Below, piece after piece: positions 30,451 to 31,328 of a stretch of 31,328 bases of DNA. Source of the DNA: Candidatus Methylomirabilota bacterium (lineage in GTDB: Bacteria; Methylomirabilota; Methylomirabilia; Rokubacteriales; CSP1-6); contig JBKPAK010000192.1 of the NCBI GenBank assembly GCA_046726415.1, forward strand, positions 1 to 31,328, in the 5' to 3' direction. The notes beneath the pieces were generated by a model. That model did no database searches and was not told where the DNA came from. It was given only the letters and a program-made list of their open reading frames with translations. The position numbers and the translations under genes were made by a program. Position 1 is the stretch's first letter, and every line of letters starts with the position of its first letter.

Positions 30451-31328
30451 ATGAGCCTCGACGACACCTGGCAGAAGATTACCGGTGCAATCACCGACGG
30501 GCAGGTGCTGACGCTGGAGCAGGCGGCGATCCGGATCCCGAGCACCACGATGGAGGAAGGTCCGATCGCGGATCTCTTCGCCAACTACATGTCGGACTTG
30601 GGTCTCGCCGTCGAGATGATGGACGTCACCCACCCGGCGAAACCCGGCAAGAAGACGCGCCAGCCGATCGGACGGCTCCGCGGGACGGGTGGCGGCCCGA
30701 GCCTGATGCTCAATGGTCACATGGACCCGGGCGTCGAGATGAGCGGCTGGTCCGTGGATCCCTATGGCGCCAAGTTCGAGGATGGCTGGGTCTGGGGGAT
30801 GGGCGCACACGACGACAAGGGCGGCGTGGTCGCCGCGATCTGCGCCGTCGAGGCGATCGTCAAGGCCGGCGTGCGGCTCCGCGGCGACGTCCTCGTCTGT
30901 CCGGTCGTCGCGCACAAGCTCGGCGGGTGGGGCACCCGGGCGCTGCTGGCGCACGGCGTGCGAGCGGATCTGGCCATCAACATGGAACACTCCGCGCTCA
31001 CGGTCGCGAACGTCTGCGTCGGGATCGTGATGGTACGCATCCGGACGCGCAGCCCCGAGCTGTTCTTCCGTTACAGCGCTGAGGCCAAGGCGGCGTACCA
31101 GAACCCGATCGAGCAGCTCTGTCGGATCATCCAGCGCATCGGCCCGAGCCTCGACCCGATCCCGCCCGGAGGCTGGCTCCGGTTCACGCCGCACCCCGAG
31201 CTGCCGGGATTCCCGACGCACACGTTCGACACGATTCACAAGGAGCACTACTACCAGCCGAACGCGACGGGCATGTCGAGTCGCGAGGCGGAGCTGATCT
31301 TCCAGATCCGCACGGTGCCGGGCCAGAC
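30451..31328 (+). CDS. M20/ArgE-DapE family metallo-hydrolase (partial, runs off the window)
   Basis: GAGGGG RBS and ATG 30451, open to the window end; RIPS, GGGPSLMLNGHMD, WSVDPY, GMGAHDDKGG. Not in the ORF track because there is no stop. Confidence 0.9.
   Translation, partial: MSLDDTWQKITGAITDGQVLTLEQAAIRIPSTTMEEGPIADLFANYMSDLGLAVEMMDVTHPAKPGKKTRQPIGRLRGTGGGPSLMLNGHMDPGVEMSGWSVDPYGAKFEDGWVWGMGAHDDKGGVVAAICAVEAIVKAGVRLRGDVLVCPVVAHKLGGWGTRALLAHGVRADLAINMEHSALTVANVCVGIVMVRIRTRSPELFFRYSAEAKAAYQNPIEQLCRIIQRIGPSLDPIPPGGWLRFTPHPELPGFPTHTFDTIHKEHYYQPNATGMSSREAELIFQIRTVPGQ

Noticed and set aside
29955-31248. ORFs 29955..31082 (+) and 29992..31248 (-)
   Set aside because: Off-frame or antisense shadows of livH and the M20 gene.

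Overview
High-GC bacterial window. Gene content and style loosely suggest a Rokubacteria/Methylomirabilota-type genome, which I cannot confirm. It has four blocks. (1) 1-10356 is a copper/silver-resistance cluster: two paralogous exported proteins sharing a VYGCTEFV motif, CusA, a Met-rich YtkA/FixH-like protein, a TolC-family channel, a membrane-fusion protein, a decayed membrane protein, and a P1B ATPase with a CPD motif. (2) 10501-14445 is a mobile-element scar zone: a split tRNA-Glu 3' fragment (att-like), a tyrosine recombinase whose catalytic Tyr codon is a stop and which is joined to half a HIT gene, a nucleotide-cyclase/sigma54-AAA fusion cut by an IS5 relic, and the right end of an IS21. 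(3) 14446-19300 is a mosaic of gene fragments and passenger genes punctuated by three co-oriented copies of a ~97-bp non-coding repeat. One end of the repeat resembles an IS91/ISCR oriIS, and at least two copies sit exactly at gene-truncation junctions. This is the most interesting signal here: a candidate non-autonomous rolling-circle gene-shuffling element. (4) 19328-31328 is catabolic and transport genes: an intact isochorismatase-family hydrolase, CocE/NonD hydrolase and Tat-dependent sugar-type ABC operon, then a decayed Liv-type ABC/TauE operon and an M20 hydrolase with a non-canonical active site. Many frameshifts fall in homopolymers, so some may be sequencing errors.
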